DNA of 64,000 bases from Rhina ancylostomus (lineage: Eukaryota). This document shows, piece after piece, positions 12,614 to 23,075 of this stretch. Both the position numbers and the translations under genes were made by a program. Position 1 is the first letter of the stretch. Each line of letters starts with the position of its first letter. The stretch is from assembly GCA_030265395.1 (NCBI GenBank), contig JARFYF010000051.1:32993434-33057433 (forward strand). Direction: 5' to 3'. The notes under the pieces are model-generated. The model did no database searches, was not told the origin of the DNA, and saw nothing but the letters and a program-made list of their open reading frames with translations.

Positions 12614-13863
12614 GTAAGTTGCCTGCCTCTTCCATGCCTTTCTATTATCTCAGGGCAACCCTGCTAGAGATGATCTGGAGCATTAATGTTGAACTAGGCA
12701 GCTCAACTTGCAGAAGTGGTTTATGCTCAACTTCACACCCAGGTTTCTCCCAGAAGCTTAATAATTCTAAGCTCTGAGCCAAATTGTGTGGTCAGAGATA
12801 ACTGCCTAGATCAGAGGTGCATGATGTAATTAGAGGTTCTGGTAAGTCTGTCTGCCAGGAGTGAACATTGACAACATGTTTGCAAATGTGCATGGGTGCA
12901 CATTTCCACCCTAATTCAATGAAACTGCAAAATAATCAAAGTTTGCATTAGGCGAAGAAATTTTAAAAAAGGTGAATGTCTACAGCATGGAATGCCAGTT
13001 ACTAAGAGACACTACAGCACTATATGTTTTTCCAAAATGCTCAACTAGATGTGAAACAGAAATTTATATTGAAGGATGCAATTTATAATAACATCCATGT
13101 TGCCTTTGCTACATTGGAAGTTAGATGCGTTTTGCTGCCCTTTTCTCCATAACTGAGGCCACGCTTCGGGAATAAAATGTAGTTTGTTCTTAGCTGAATG
13201 TTTCATTTGCACTTTACCAGTACTGCTTTCATTGGAGTATTAAAGGATGGTATCAACTGTGCCTGACAGTCAGGAGATTGTGGGTTTGTTCTACTTTTGA
13301 AGTTTGACGGGAAAGATATAGGCTGACATTTCATTGCAGTATTGAGAGAATTCTGCATAGCTTGCCCAGAAATCAGATTGTATTGTTCTGATTTTACTTT
13401 CAATGCTATGCTTTTGAAAATGGATATTCTCACAGACAAAAGTAACAGCTTTCATTGCAGATCATGTTGCTCTGAAAATTTGACTGGCATGATGTCTGCT
13501 TTATTTTGTAATGTGATTTGGTTCCTTTCCATGATGTCATTCCCTATGCAACACACCCTAGGAAACAGTACTGAGGTTGGGAGGGGTTTGAGAGCCATGA
13601 CCTGAAGGAAACGAAGATTGGTTTTGCTCAGTACCATGATACCCTAACCCAAACCCTAACCTAGAGACAGAGGGTCCAGGAACCATGTGGATTAAATTTT
13701 CCTGGTACTGCACCAGGAAATTCTTAGCAGGTCAGGTGGAATCTGTGGGGAGAGAATCAGTTGGCATTTCAGGTCCGTGACTTTTCAGTAGAACTGTAAA
13801 ATGTTAAGAAATAAATGAGATGTAAGAAAGAGTGGACGAGAGGAAAGATAAAAGGAAAGGCCT

Positions 13864-14228
13864 GTGATGTGGTGTTTAACGTGCAGCGTTGTGAGAGAGC
13901 ATCTGAAGTAGCAATGCAATTATTAGTGTTGGAAAAGATTTTTATTCAGTATTTTCAAAATATCAGCATGTGAAAATGACACGCATGGTTACTATTAAAA
14001 AAATCATAGATTGGTTTCATAAAAAATTATCTGATCTAAAATCAACACCAGGATCAAACCAAAAATAACAAAAATGCATTTCTGACCTCTTTTTCTTCCC
14101 TATGATTGCACTATTTCACAAGGTGTCTTCTGTATTAGCTAAACCCATTGGTCAATGGCACAGAATTTTCGAGACGGACCAAATCCTAGCTCCAAAGCTG
14201 AAGTACAACAGCAAAATCCTTTTTGCCA
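13864..14228 (+). repeat. About 360-bp inverted copy of the left arm of the element at 16075-17000
   Basis: Colinear reverse-complement similarity to 16108-16570, e.g. gcatctgaagtagcaat, atttcacaaggtgt, acggaccaaatcctagc, ctgaagtacaacagcaaa. Confidence 0.8.
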
Positions 14229-14234
14229 CATAAA

Positions 14235-14960
14235 ACAGATGTAAGATGCAAGGAGATGGAAGAGGAGAGGAAAGAACAAAAGGGAAGGTGTGTAATGGGT
14301 GGGAGGTGGGAAGCAGGAAGATGGAGCAAGGCAAGATGAATGGAGGTGGTAAGAGAATAATAATGGAAATAAAAGATAGGTCTGGAGGAGATGTAAATGG
14401 GAGAAGCAGAATCATTATCTGAAGATTCTTGGACCAGACATTGTGACCACAATATCTTCATGTGCCAGTTCAAAAATGAGCTGCTGTTCCTCAAACTTAC
14501 AATGAACTTCATTGGACTGATATAGGAGGCCAAGGACAGAGAGGTCAAAAGTGAGTTGGATGGAGAATCAAAGTGAAAGAGACACATGGACCAGAGGTAT
14601 CTTACATGGAGGCTGAGCAATCTACATGTGATCTCCCCAGTGCAGACGAGACAACATGAACAGCAAACACAATATAATGAGTTGGAAGTGGAAACACTAA
14701 TGATTGTTTCCATGCAACACAAGCCTGAGACCCTGCTCAGCAGGAAGTGAGGAGGTAAAAGAGCAGGATTTTCCAAGGGAAAGGGAGGGAATGTTGCTTG
14801 TGAATAAAACATGAACCAAAAGTTGGGAATGCTGAAATAGGTGGGGAGGAGAAGGTATGTTTGGGGATGGCATTGCATTGGAGGTTCATGAAATGAGGAA
14901 GAAGATCCTGAGAGGTGTGAGGTCAGGGCAAGAGGAACCACATCATAGGATTGCGGTTGG
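14235..14960 (-). mobile_element. Decayed Penelope-like retroelement (GIY-YIG endonuclease region)
   Basis: Minus-strand TSNSLYCVCCSCCLVCTGEIT resembles the Penelope motif SSNVIYCIxCxxCxxxYIGET. It is flanked by the typical purine/pyrimidine-skewed sequence. Confidence 0.65.
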
Positions 14961-15264
14961 TTGGAGCTGCTGAGGCTAGGGGTCAGTTGAAAATTTCAAA
15001 ATTAAGATTGATAGATTTTTTTATAGCCAAGGGTATTAAGCATTATGGGACTAAGGCAAATAGATGGAATTAAGATACAATGCAGCCATGATCTAATGGA
15101 ATGGCTGAACAGTATAAAGAGCCTGAACTGCTTAAATGTGTTCATTTGTACAGTTAAATTGGAGACACTAAAGAAATTGACTTTAATGTGCACTAAAATT
15201 CATGGGGTCCTGATCTCAAATATTGACAGTTAGAATGAGAGGAACTATCTTGTGTAAGTTTCAG

Positions 15265-15700
15265 AAGTTTCAAAGTCGAGTTTATTGTCAGATGCGCAAG
15301 TACATGTATGCACAGGTGTGGTAAAAAACTTGCAGCAGCATCACAGGCACATAACATCAGATACATAACATTCACAAGAAAAACATAAATTAGACATAAA
15401 TTTTGCACAATTATACAAGAGAGAACACAATTAGAACAAAAAAAACAAAGTCCATTGCAGTGTAAAAAGGTCAAACTGGTCATAGTGTTGACATAGGGAT
15501 TAGGGTTGTGCCAGTTGGCTCAAGAACTGATTGGTTGAAGGGAAGTACCTATTCTTGAACCTGGTGGTGTGGGACTTAAGATTTCTGTACCTCCTGCCCG
15601 ATAGTACCTGCGGGAAGATGGCATAGCCCAGATGGTGGGGATCTTTGATGATGGATGTTGCCTTCTTGAGGCAGCACCTCATGTAGCTTCTAGTGATGAT
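15265..15700 (-). mobile_element. Rex1/Babar LINE 3' fragment
   Basis: Minus-strand RCCLKKATSIIKDPHHLG...SGRRYRNLKSHTTRFKNRYFP is the Rex1 ORF C-terminus. Confidence 0.85.
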
Positions 15701-16074
15701 GGATCTGGACTCACGGATTAATGTTGATAAGGCTTGACCGTATATTACTGAAAGGCTCCAAGTGCAAATACTAAGACACTGGTTTATAATCTTTCAAGGG
15801 CAAGTAGGCATATCAAAGCAGATGGTTCTTTCAATGCTCAGCTGAAGGGGTTGCAAAGCAAAATATTTGATTCTCTTACATATTCACCACAAGAATTGTT
15901 CTCCATATTTCTTATTCATATTCAGTAATATTTTTCAAAAGACAGACTGCACATTGACCAATTAACTAGCAACTTCTAAAAAGTAAGGCTACTCTATAGC
16001 ATTCATATGGTATTTGCTTGCCTTTGATCTCGGCCTCAAGTCATTATCTGTGCTTGGGACAGTAACAAGAATAA

Positions 16075-17000
16075 TATGTAGAGAACAGATGCAGCAAAGC
16101 TACAATGCAAAGGAGTTTGCTGTTGTACTTCAGTTTTGAAGCTAAGATTTGGTCCGTGTCAAAAATTCAATATACAATGGAATATACTGAAGAAGCAACA
16201 CCTTGTGAAATTATGCAATTGTAAGTAGGTAAAAGAGGTCAGAAGTGCTTTATTGTTATTTTTGGTTTGACCACTGTGCTGATTTTAGGACAGACCAAAT
16301 GTTATGAATCTAATGAACTATTTTTTTATTGTAACCATGGGTTTCATTTTCACAACACACACACAAAGTGCTGGAGGAACTCAGCAGGTCAGGCAGCATC
16401 TATCGAGGGAAATAAACAGTCTATGCTTTGGGTCAAGACCCTGCTTCCCCACTGTTTCACGTTCACATTCTGGTATTTTGAAGACGCTGAATAAAAAACA
16501 TATCCAGCACTAATACTGGGATTGCTACTTCAGATGCCCTCTCATAACCTGCACATTAAGCACTACATCATTGAAATAATAATTGTTTGCCTATGTACAA
16601 TATTACATAGTCTTTACTGCATTGAAACTAGCCCCATATTTGTACTCCATTCTAATTAACTCATGCCACTCTGTCCCATCAGCTTGTGTTTCTTTGTCCC
16701 TTAGGGCAGCATCGTGCTCCCTCCACAGAAGTGCCAGCAATATCTGCTTCAACCCCTCACTATTCAGTCTGAGAAGAAATTCCTCCAAGATCTTTATTTG
16801 ACCTTTTAGTTGCTGGTCCAGTCGTCATACCGTACATTGACTGTAGCACCAACTAACTTCTCATAGAAATAACAGTAGGCCAGCCAGCCCCTCAAGCATG
16901 ATCAATGGCACTGAGTTTTTGACACGGACCAAATCCTAGCTCTAAAACTGAAGTACAACAGCAAATTCCTTTGTTTTGCCAGATCCATTCTCCACACATG
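16075..17000. mobile_element. Putative non-autonomous DNA transposon with imperfect terminal inverted repeats of about 90 bp; carries a Penelope-end insertion at about 16355-16455
   Basis: 16108-16170 (tttgctgttgtacttcagttttgaagctaagatttggtccgtgtcaaaaa) is the reverse complement of 16912-16973. Confidence 0.55.
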
Positions 17001-17859
17001 TTCTCCTGTATGCAGAGAACACACTGAATTGTTACCCAAACATCATTAACTTTGTGCTTCTAGCTCACAGGCTATCAGTTTTGCCTTCCATTTAAGACAT
17101 ACTTTGTGTATTCCATCTTACTAACCTTGGCAACTGTTTCCAAGGCATATGCACTGTGCAAATCTCTGTGGCAGCACTCCCAGCTCATGAGATTTGTCCC
17201 ACACTGTGCGGGACTTAGAAACTTATTAAGATTGCTTCTGTGTACTAGCAAGCATTTAGGACAATGACAAGTTATGGTGTAAATGGTCCATGAGAGAGTT
17301 AAATCATTGTGGTAAGATTATGGTTACCAGCAAATAATTCTGGAATAAGGTTACAATCCCATTCGTGTCAAGGGTTGTTGAAAATACAAAGTCTAAAAGA
17401 GTGCAAAACGAAATGATTTTGATTTATTTTTCTATGGATTCAACAATGATCATTACATTCTATGTGCTCATTAGATATTAATCTTTGCAATATTTTCCTT
17501 CTTTCATTTGGAGAATTCTTAGTTTTATAAGAGCCAGGGGAGCTATAGTTTTAGTCAAAATTGATAGGTTGAGCTTGAAAAATCTTCATTTGAAAACGCA
17601 GCACAACACAGTTGTGATGTCTTCATCAGATCAGGGCATAGCATCGGTGAAGGATGTTAGAAATGAATGATAGCTTAGAGTTGGAGGAACCATTTTCAGA
17701 CATTTTATAGGACTCTAAGGAATAGGGAACCTAGAAATTCATCTCCAATCAGTAGCTCTAGATGTGCTATATTGGTGCATTTGCACATACTCTGTCCTAA
17801 AATTCAGTACATTTAATGGAATGGATTTCAGAGACAGAGTACAATGCATTGATGCAACT

Positions 17860-18260
17860 ATATAGTACATTTAATGCTATTGAACAGGGATAATTTGTTA
17901 GGTAAGTGAAGGGTTAGGCCAGGGACAAATCTGAACATGATGAGAATTGAGGTCAATGAGATCCAAGAGTCNNNNNNNNNNNNNNNNNNNNNNNNNTGGA
18001 CAGGACTTGGATGAGTTAATGGAGAATGGAAGATCCACAAAGAGAGAATTGGAATGATCGAGTCTAACAGTAACATGGAAAAGGATTTCAGCAGCAGTTG
18101 TGCTGAGGCAAAGGTGGAGCAGCGTGCTGTGGTGGAATTGGAGGTAGGCCATTAAAGAGACAAAGTGGACTGGTTCTTCTTGGTATCAGATACGACACCA
18201 AGGCTGCAAAGTACTTGCTTCAACCCTGCTGAGAATAGAGTCTGAGGTTGGACAATGTGA
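17860..18260 (-). mobile_element. L2-clade LINE ORF2 C-terminal fragment
   Basis: Minus-strand LCLSTTAAEILFHVTVRLDHSNSLFVDLP resembles the L2 motif LSxxAAETLIHAFVTSRLDYSNxLLAGLP. Confidence 0.7.
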
Positions 18261-18683
18261 CTTTGGCAAGGAGTGAATATGACTTCCAATATTTTGTTAG
18301 ATGAACCTGCTGCTTATCTTGCCAAGGAATGAGACAAATCAGAGATAGTAACATGGTTGAAAGAGGTGATGGTAACATAGCACTGAGTTTACTCAGCATA
18401 TATATTGAATCTAATGTGTGTTTAGCTGCTGCTAGCATGGGGTGGGATATGTAATGAAAGTATATGGGGCACCAGAACCAGGTGAATGATAGTGGAGAGG
18501 TACAGAACACAAATGTGGTGAACAACAACATCAAACAAAGCAGATAGGTTGAGAAGCATAAGGAGGCAAGATTTGTCCCAATATCAGTAACACGGGTCAT
18601 TTTACCAAATGTACTACAGGTAGAGAGAAAGGCCAGAGAGATATCAGCCAGCCAAACAATTTCATAATAATAGATCTACTGAT

Positions 18684-18840
18684 TTCCATAAGACCATAAG
18701 AAATAGGAGCAGAATTAGGCCATTCAGCCCATCGAGTCTGCTCCACCATTTGTTCATGGCTGATTTATTTTTCCCTCTCAACCCCATTCTCCTGCCTTTT
18801 CTCCCCATAACCTTTGACACCCTTACTAATTAAGAACATT
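18684..18840 (-). mobile_element. CR1 LINE 3' terminus
   Basis: ccataagaccataagaaataggagcagaattaggccattcagccc is the same type of tail as at about 5535. Confidence 0.75.
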
Positions 18841-20435
18841 CCTTCCTGTCCCTATGTTACAGAACTGCCTGACATTCCTCCTTAATACCTGATATAAACT
18901 GGAGACCTAATTGCTCTCCCCAGTTTATCTACCTTAACATTACATCCTTAAAGATTACATGAAAACCAGCCTACCCTCCATGGACTCCTTTATACATTTC
19001 TCACTGCCTCAGTAAAGCAGCCAACATAATCAAATCATAATGAAATGATCTGTATGGACGGCATACAAAACAAGTTTTTCACTGTACCTCGGTACATGTG
19101 ACATTATTAAACCAATTTACAATTTTTGTCATGATGAAGAGAGCAACTATTTCATTCCTTTCTACAGTCAATACATTGTGTTCTGTGACATCTGTTGGTT
19201 CTATACTGCCTGGTTTCATCCATTAGAAATTGCAGCTTTTTGATACAAATTAGCACTGAAGCCCATTAAACACCAGTTAGTAAAGAGTTGTGGTTCAATG
19301 TAATATTGTAGTAGTGGGCTGAGCCATTTGGGTGATTCAGACTGAAGTATGTGAAGTATATGAAGACTGAAGTATGAAGTATGTTCTGGACTTGTGTGCT
19401 TGCATTGTGAGTCAGATTCGGGGCCAAAGCTATCAAACCTACCAGGTTCGACACACTATAGGGTCAATGGGGTATCTCAAACACAGATCTTGGAGACAGA
19501 GGGGAAGATAAGTTAGTTTTTGAAATTATTTTACTTTGGTTTAATATTTTTCATTGTTTCAATTTTTGTGTTTTTAATTAACTTTCTATTTGTCTAATTG
19601 TTTACCTGAATTGTAAGGGCCTTAACTGTCTCTGGATATCAGAGATGTTTAAAGACTGCTTAAATTACTGGCAGTCATGACAGAAGCTTTGCTTGCTGCC
19701 CAGGGCTTCCAAGAGTACTGTTTCCAGACTTCACCATCTACAGCCTAGTTACCCAGACCTCGGCCACTGGACTTGATGGTGGAAAGTGCCAGTGCAAACA
19801 GTCATTGTACGTGGCCAAGTAATCGCTGTTACTTGCAGACTGGCTGGCAATTTTGGGCAGCAAGTGTTATCCACTGTCATCCAACCAAATAAATTTTTGT
19901 TACACGGGAAGAAACCAAAGTCCAAAACAATTAAACATGACAGGGATTAGATAGATTGCTGTTGAGTGAGTAAAGGGCTAGATTGAAGTTTGCCTACGCT
20001 CTTATGTAACATTATGTTACAGCAGGTGGAGGTGATTAACGGATGTGAGAAACAGTTTTTCAGAGTAAGACCAGAGGACCTGAAGTTTCATTCACAGCAT
20101 CAACTGAGACTCTAACCTTCACTGGTTCAGATCACTGTTTTTTAATTGGTGGAAGCAAAGCTCCACTTGAAGGGGAAAATGGGTATTATTTCTGCCCTGC
20201 AGACATGCATCATTATTAGACAGATAAAAGGCACCCGTCATTAGTCACAAGCTCATCTGAACTTGCCTTTGTATTTGGAGGGGGAGGTGTGATGGTAACA
20301 TAGAACTGTTTACATTTAATAAAAAGAACCATGTACTGTATATTTCATGGTTTGCATATTTTTGAACAATAAGGCATAAAATACTAAATAAAACAATTGG
20401 CATAATGTGTGCTCCGTAGTTAGTTATTGCATTCT

Positions 20436-20449
20436 CCACAAGAGGGAGA
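20436..20449 (+). promoter_or_regulatory. CTCF-like binding motif
   Basis: CCACAAGAGGGAGA in non-repetitive intronic sequence; motif match only. Confidence 0.35.
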
Positions 20450-22039
20450 TGTTATACACCTTAAGATTTTGAACTGAAAGCTGCAAGGAGTTTAGAAGTT
20501 TAAATTACCACTGACCAGTTTTGCAACTTGAAACATGTTTCCATAATTCATTTACATCAACCTTATGTGACTCTGCCCGTAACTCAAAATACGTTGCACT
20601 TGTTTAAAGCATAAGAACTTTGTGTAAAGTTTATTAACCACTCGCCTTTCCTGTTTTCTTGCCCAGTTGATTCCTCCACTTCCTTTCTTTATACCTTCGT
20701 TCATTTCTTTCCGGTTTGGCATATCTTCTCCTTCTTTCTTTCTTCTACTTCCTGGTGGTCAGAGATTCTTGTCAATAATCAGGTAAATCTACATTTTTTA
20801 AAATTGTTTATCCAGGACTATGCTTATATTGTGCAGCACAGAGTGTAATATTATTTTTGACAAGCTTGTTCAAATCAATGTAAACACAAAGCATTGATTT
20901 TAAAATAACTAGATGAGATATTGATAATGCTGGCTCTTCCCTCACCTCTTGCTGTCACATTATTTCCCAACTGTGATATCAGAATAAAAGTTAAAAGTCC
21001 TCTGCATCAGTTATATAAATAGTATTGATACAAGACGTACTCGTGGCACCCTTGACTATCGTTCTATCTGCCCTCAGATCTTTTATTTGAGGCTGGAACT
21101 TATATCTTCTGAAAATCTTTGCAATAATAGATGAGATAAAATTCATTACTTCCAGTTAAGGTGCAGTGTTAAATAGAATGCAAAGGTAATTTTGTTTTTA
21201 TGTCAAAAGAAAAATAAGCACATTTGGAATTCAGTGCTTTTTCCCACCTCTCTTGCTGAAGAACACAAACTGGTAAGTGCTGCCTTGTTTTTCTGGTCAC
21301 TTTCACATAGAACGAGAATGCCTCCACATAAAACATTTATGTCAGTCCTCCCATGTCACGAAGATTCGGCAATCATTTAAAAAAACAAGGATTGTGAATC
21401 ACCAAAAAGTAGGCAGAAAACTTGACACCTACTGCTGAGTCCAGAGAACACGCTGTACTGAGAGAGAATTATCAAGGGTGAAGAAAAGCAGAACTAAATC
21501 ATTCTTTATTGATTGCTCATATTATCTCACTCAGCACTAAATCTAAACCCAGATGCCACAGGTGAAAGAACAGTGCTGATAATCTGTTATCCCTGCCAAT
21601 TGTCAGATTTCTTTCAAAAGGAACTTCTTTTTAAGAATTGCTGAAAGACTCCCAGATATAAAGATCTACTATTCGTTTTACAGGTTTGGGAGTATGTGCT
21701 TGTGTTTTATTGGGCTGTAAGTCATATTGTGCATTCATTTCAATGTTAGACTGAAAGACTGTTGGGGTAAGAGGAAGCATTACAATTGTAGTATTGTACA
21801 TTTAATAAACTGAGGGAAATATGTCCAATAAGCATTGATTTCCCTTGTGTGCTGTGTAAGGGAATAGAGAAAAGATCCAGCAAGATGTGAAATAACAATA
21901 TATGTAATCCCTTTCATTCATACAAATTGTATCGGATGGTGATTAAGTTAAGTGTATTCAGAGAGAATTCTGCCATGGCAGCTAAATAATTCAAATTCAA
22001 GAGAGTAATTAAGTCCAGAATTATGGGGAAAAGTGTGCC

Positions 22040-22260
22040 ATCAATGTTGGCCATCAAGGGAGCAGATTGTTATTAAAAACCCACGTGTTTAATTAATGTC
22101 CTTTAGTAATGGAAATTTCCTAGCCTTACCTGGTCTGGCCAGTGTGAATCTTGATCAAACAAAATAATTGACTCTTAACTACCCTCTGAACTGGCCCAGC
22201 AAGTCATTCAGTTCAAGAAGCAATTTAGGGATGGACGATAAATGCTGTCCACATCCTGTA
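22040..22260 (+). mobile_element. Old SINE sharing its 3' tail with a CR1-like LINE
   Basis: gccttacctggtctggcc...gactcttaactaccctctgaa...agggatggacgataaatgctg; the tail matches 62937-62960. Confidence 0.55.
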
Positions 22261-22985
22261 AGTAAATCCAAAAACTATATATGTCTTTCCTGAAATTCTA
22301 TTCTTGTGATTTCCATTTCTCATAACTATATGGGTTCTCCAAAGCATTCTCTCTGCAACAAAACCTAAATACTGAGTGCCCTTTGTCCATTATTAAACTG
22401 TTGCCTGGGTGTAAAAATTCCACCTTGGGTCAGTTGCCAATTACAACAATTGGCTGATTTTAATTTCTACTGCATTACATGTAATGGCACCTGGGTTGCA
22501 ATGCTAACTTTGAAGTTCTTTGAAATGAGCTCAGACCTGTTGGAATGATACTCGTTGAACCACATTGTGTAAATAAACTATCTCAATACAACAACAGAGT
22601 TTATTTGATCTCACATTTGTACTAAATTCACAAAAGATAGCAAAATATGAATTCTGAAAGTATAAGCAGCATTGTGCATGTGTGTGATTAGATACCATTG
22701 TTACCACAATATGTTGATGGATGTTAATATCAACACAATTTGCAAATCTTCAGATTATGATAAGAAACGCTTGCTCTCAAACTCATACACGTGGATGATG
22801 CCCAGTTAGCAGAACTGCACTGTGCTTTGTTTCTCCTACTGCACGTGAAAGCTAAATGATAAGTGTGTTGAACACATCACAAAGTCGTGAAAAGGTGCAC
22901 AATGTCCCATTTCCTGTGTTTGTGTTATAGATCTGCAACTTCCCTTTGCTTTGAGATCTTACAACTTTTGTATTTCTAATTCCAG

Positions 22986-23075
22986 GATGTGAAGCCAGGA
23001 GATGTATCAAGCAAGCGCAACCTATGGGAGAATAAAACTGATTCTTCCAATGGAAAATCAGCCACCCCTTCTAAG
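22986..23075 (+). CDS. CALD1: Caldesmon exon (DVKPGDVSSKRNLWENKTDSSNGKSATPSK)
   Basis: Acceptor ttccag|, 90 nt. Matches DLRPGDVSSKRNLWEK. The donor AAG|gtcatc is weak; read-through gives VIIG* with the stop at 23088-23090. Confidence 0.93.

Noticed and set aside
13641-13663. CCCTAA telomere-like repeats
   Set aside because: Only about three imperfect units, too short to call an interstitial telomere.
14152-14230. Three-copy hairpin-like unit considered as a miRNA, snoRNA or ribozyme
   Set aside because: The similarity extends over about 360 bp and the copies are in both orientations, which fits a transposon end. No box motifs or known mature miRNA were recognised.
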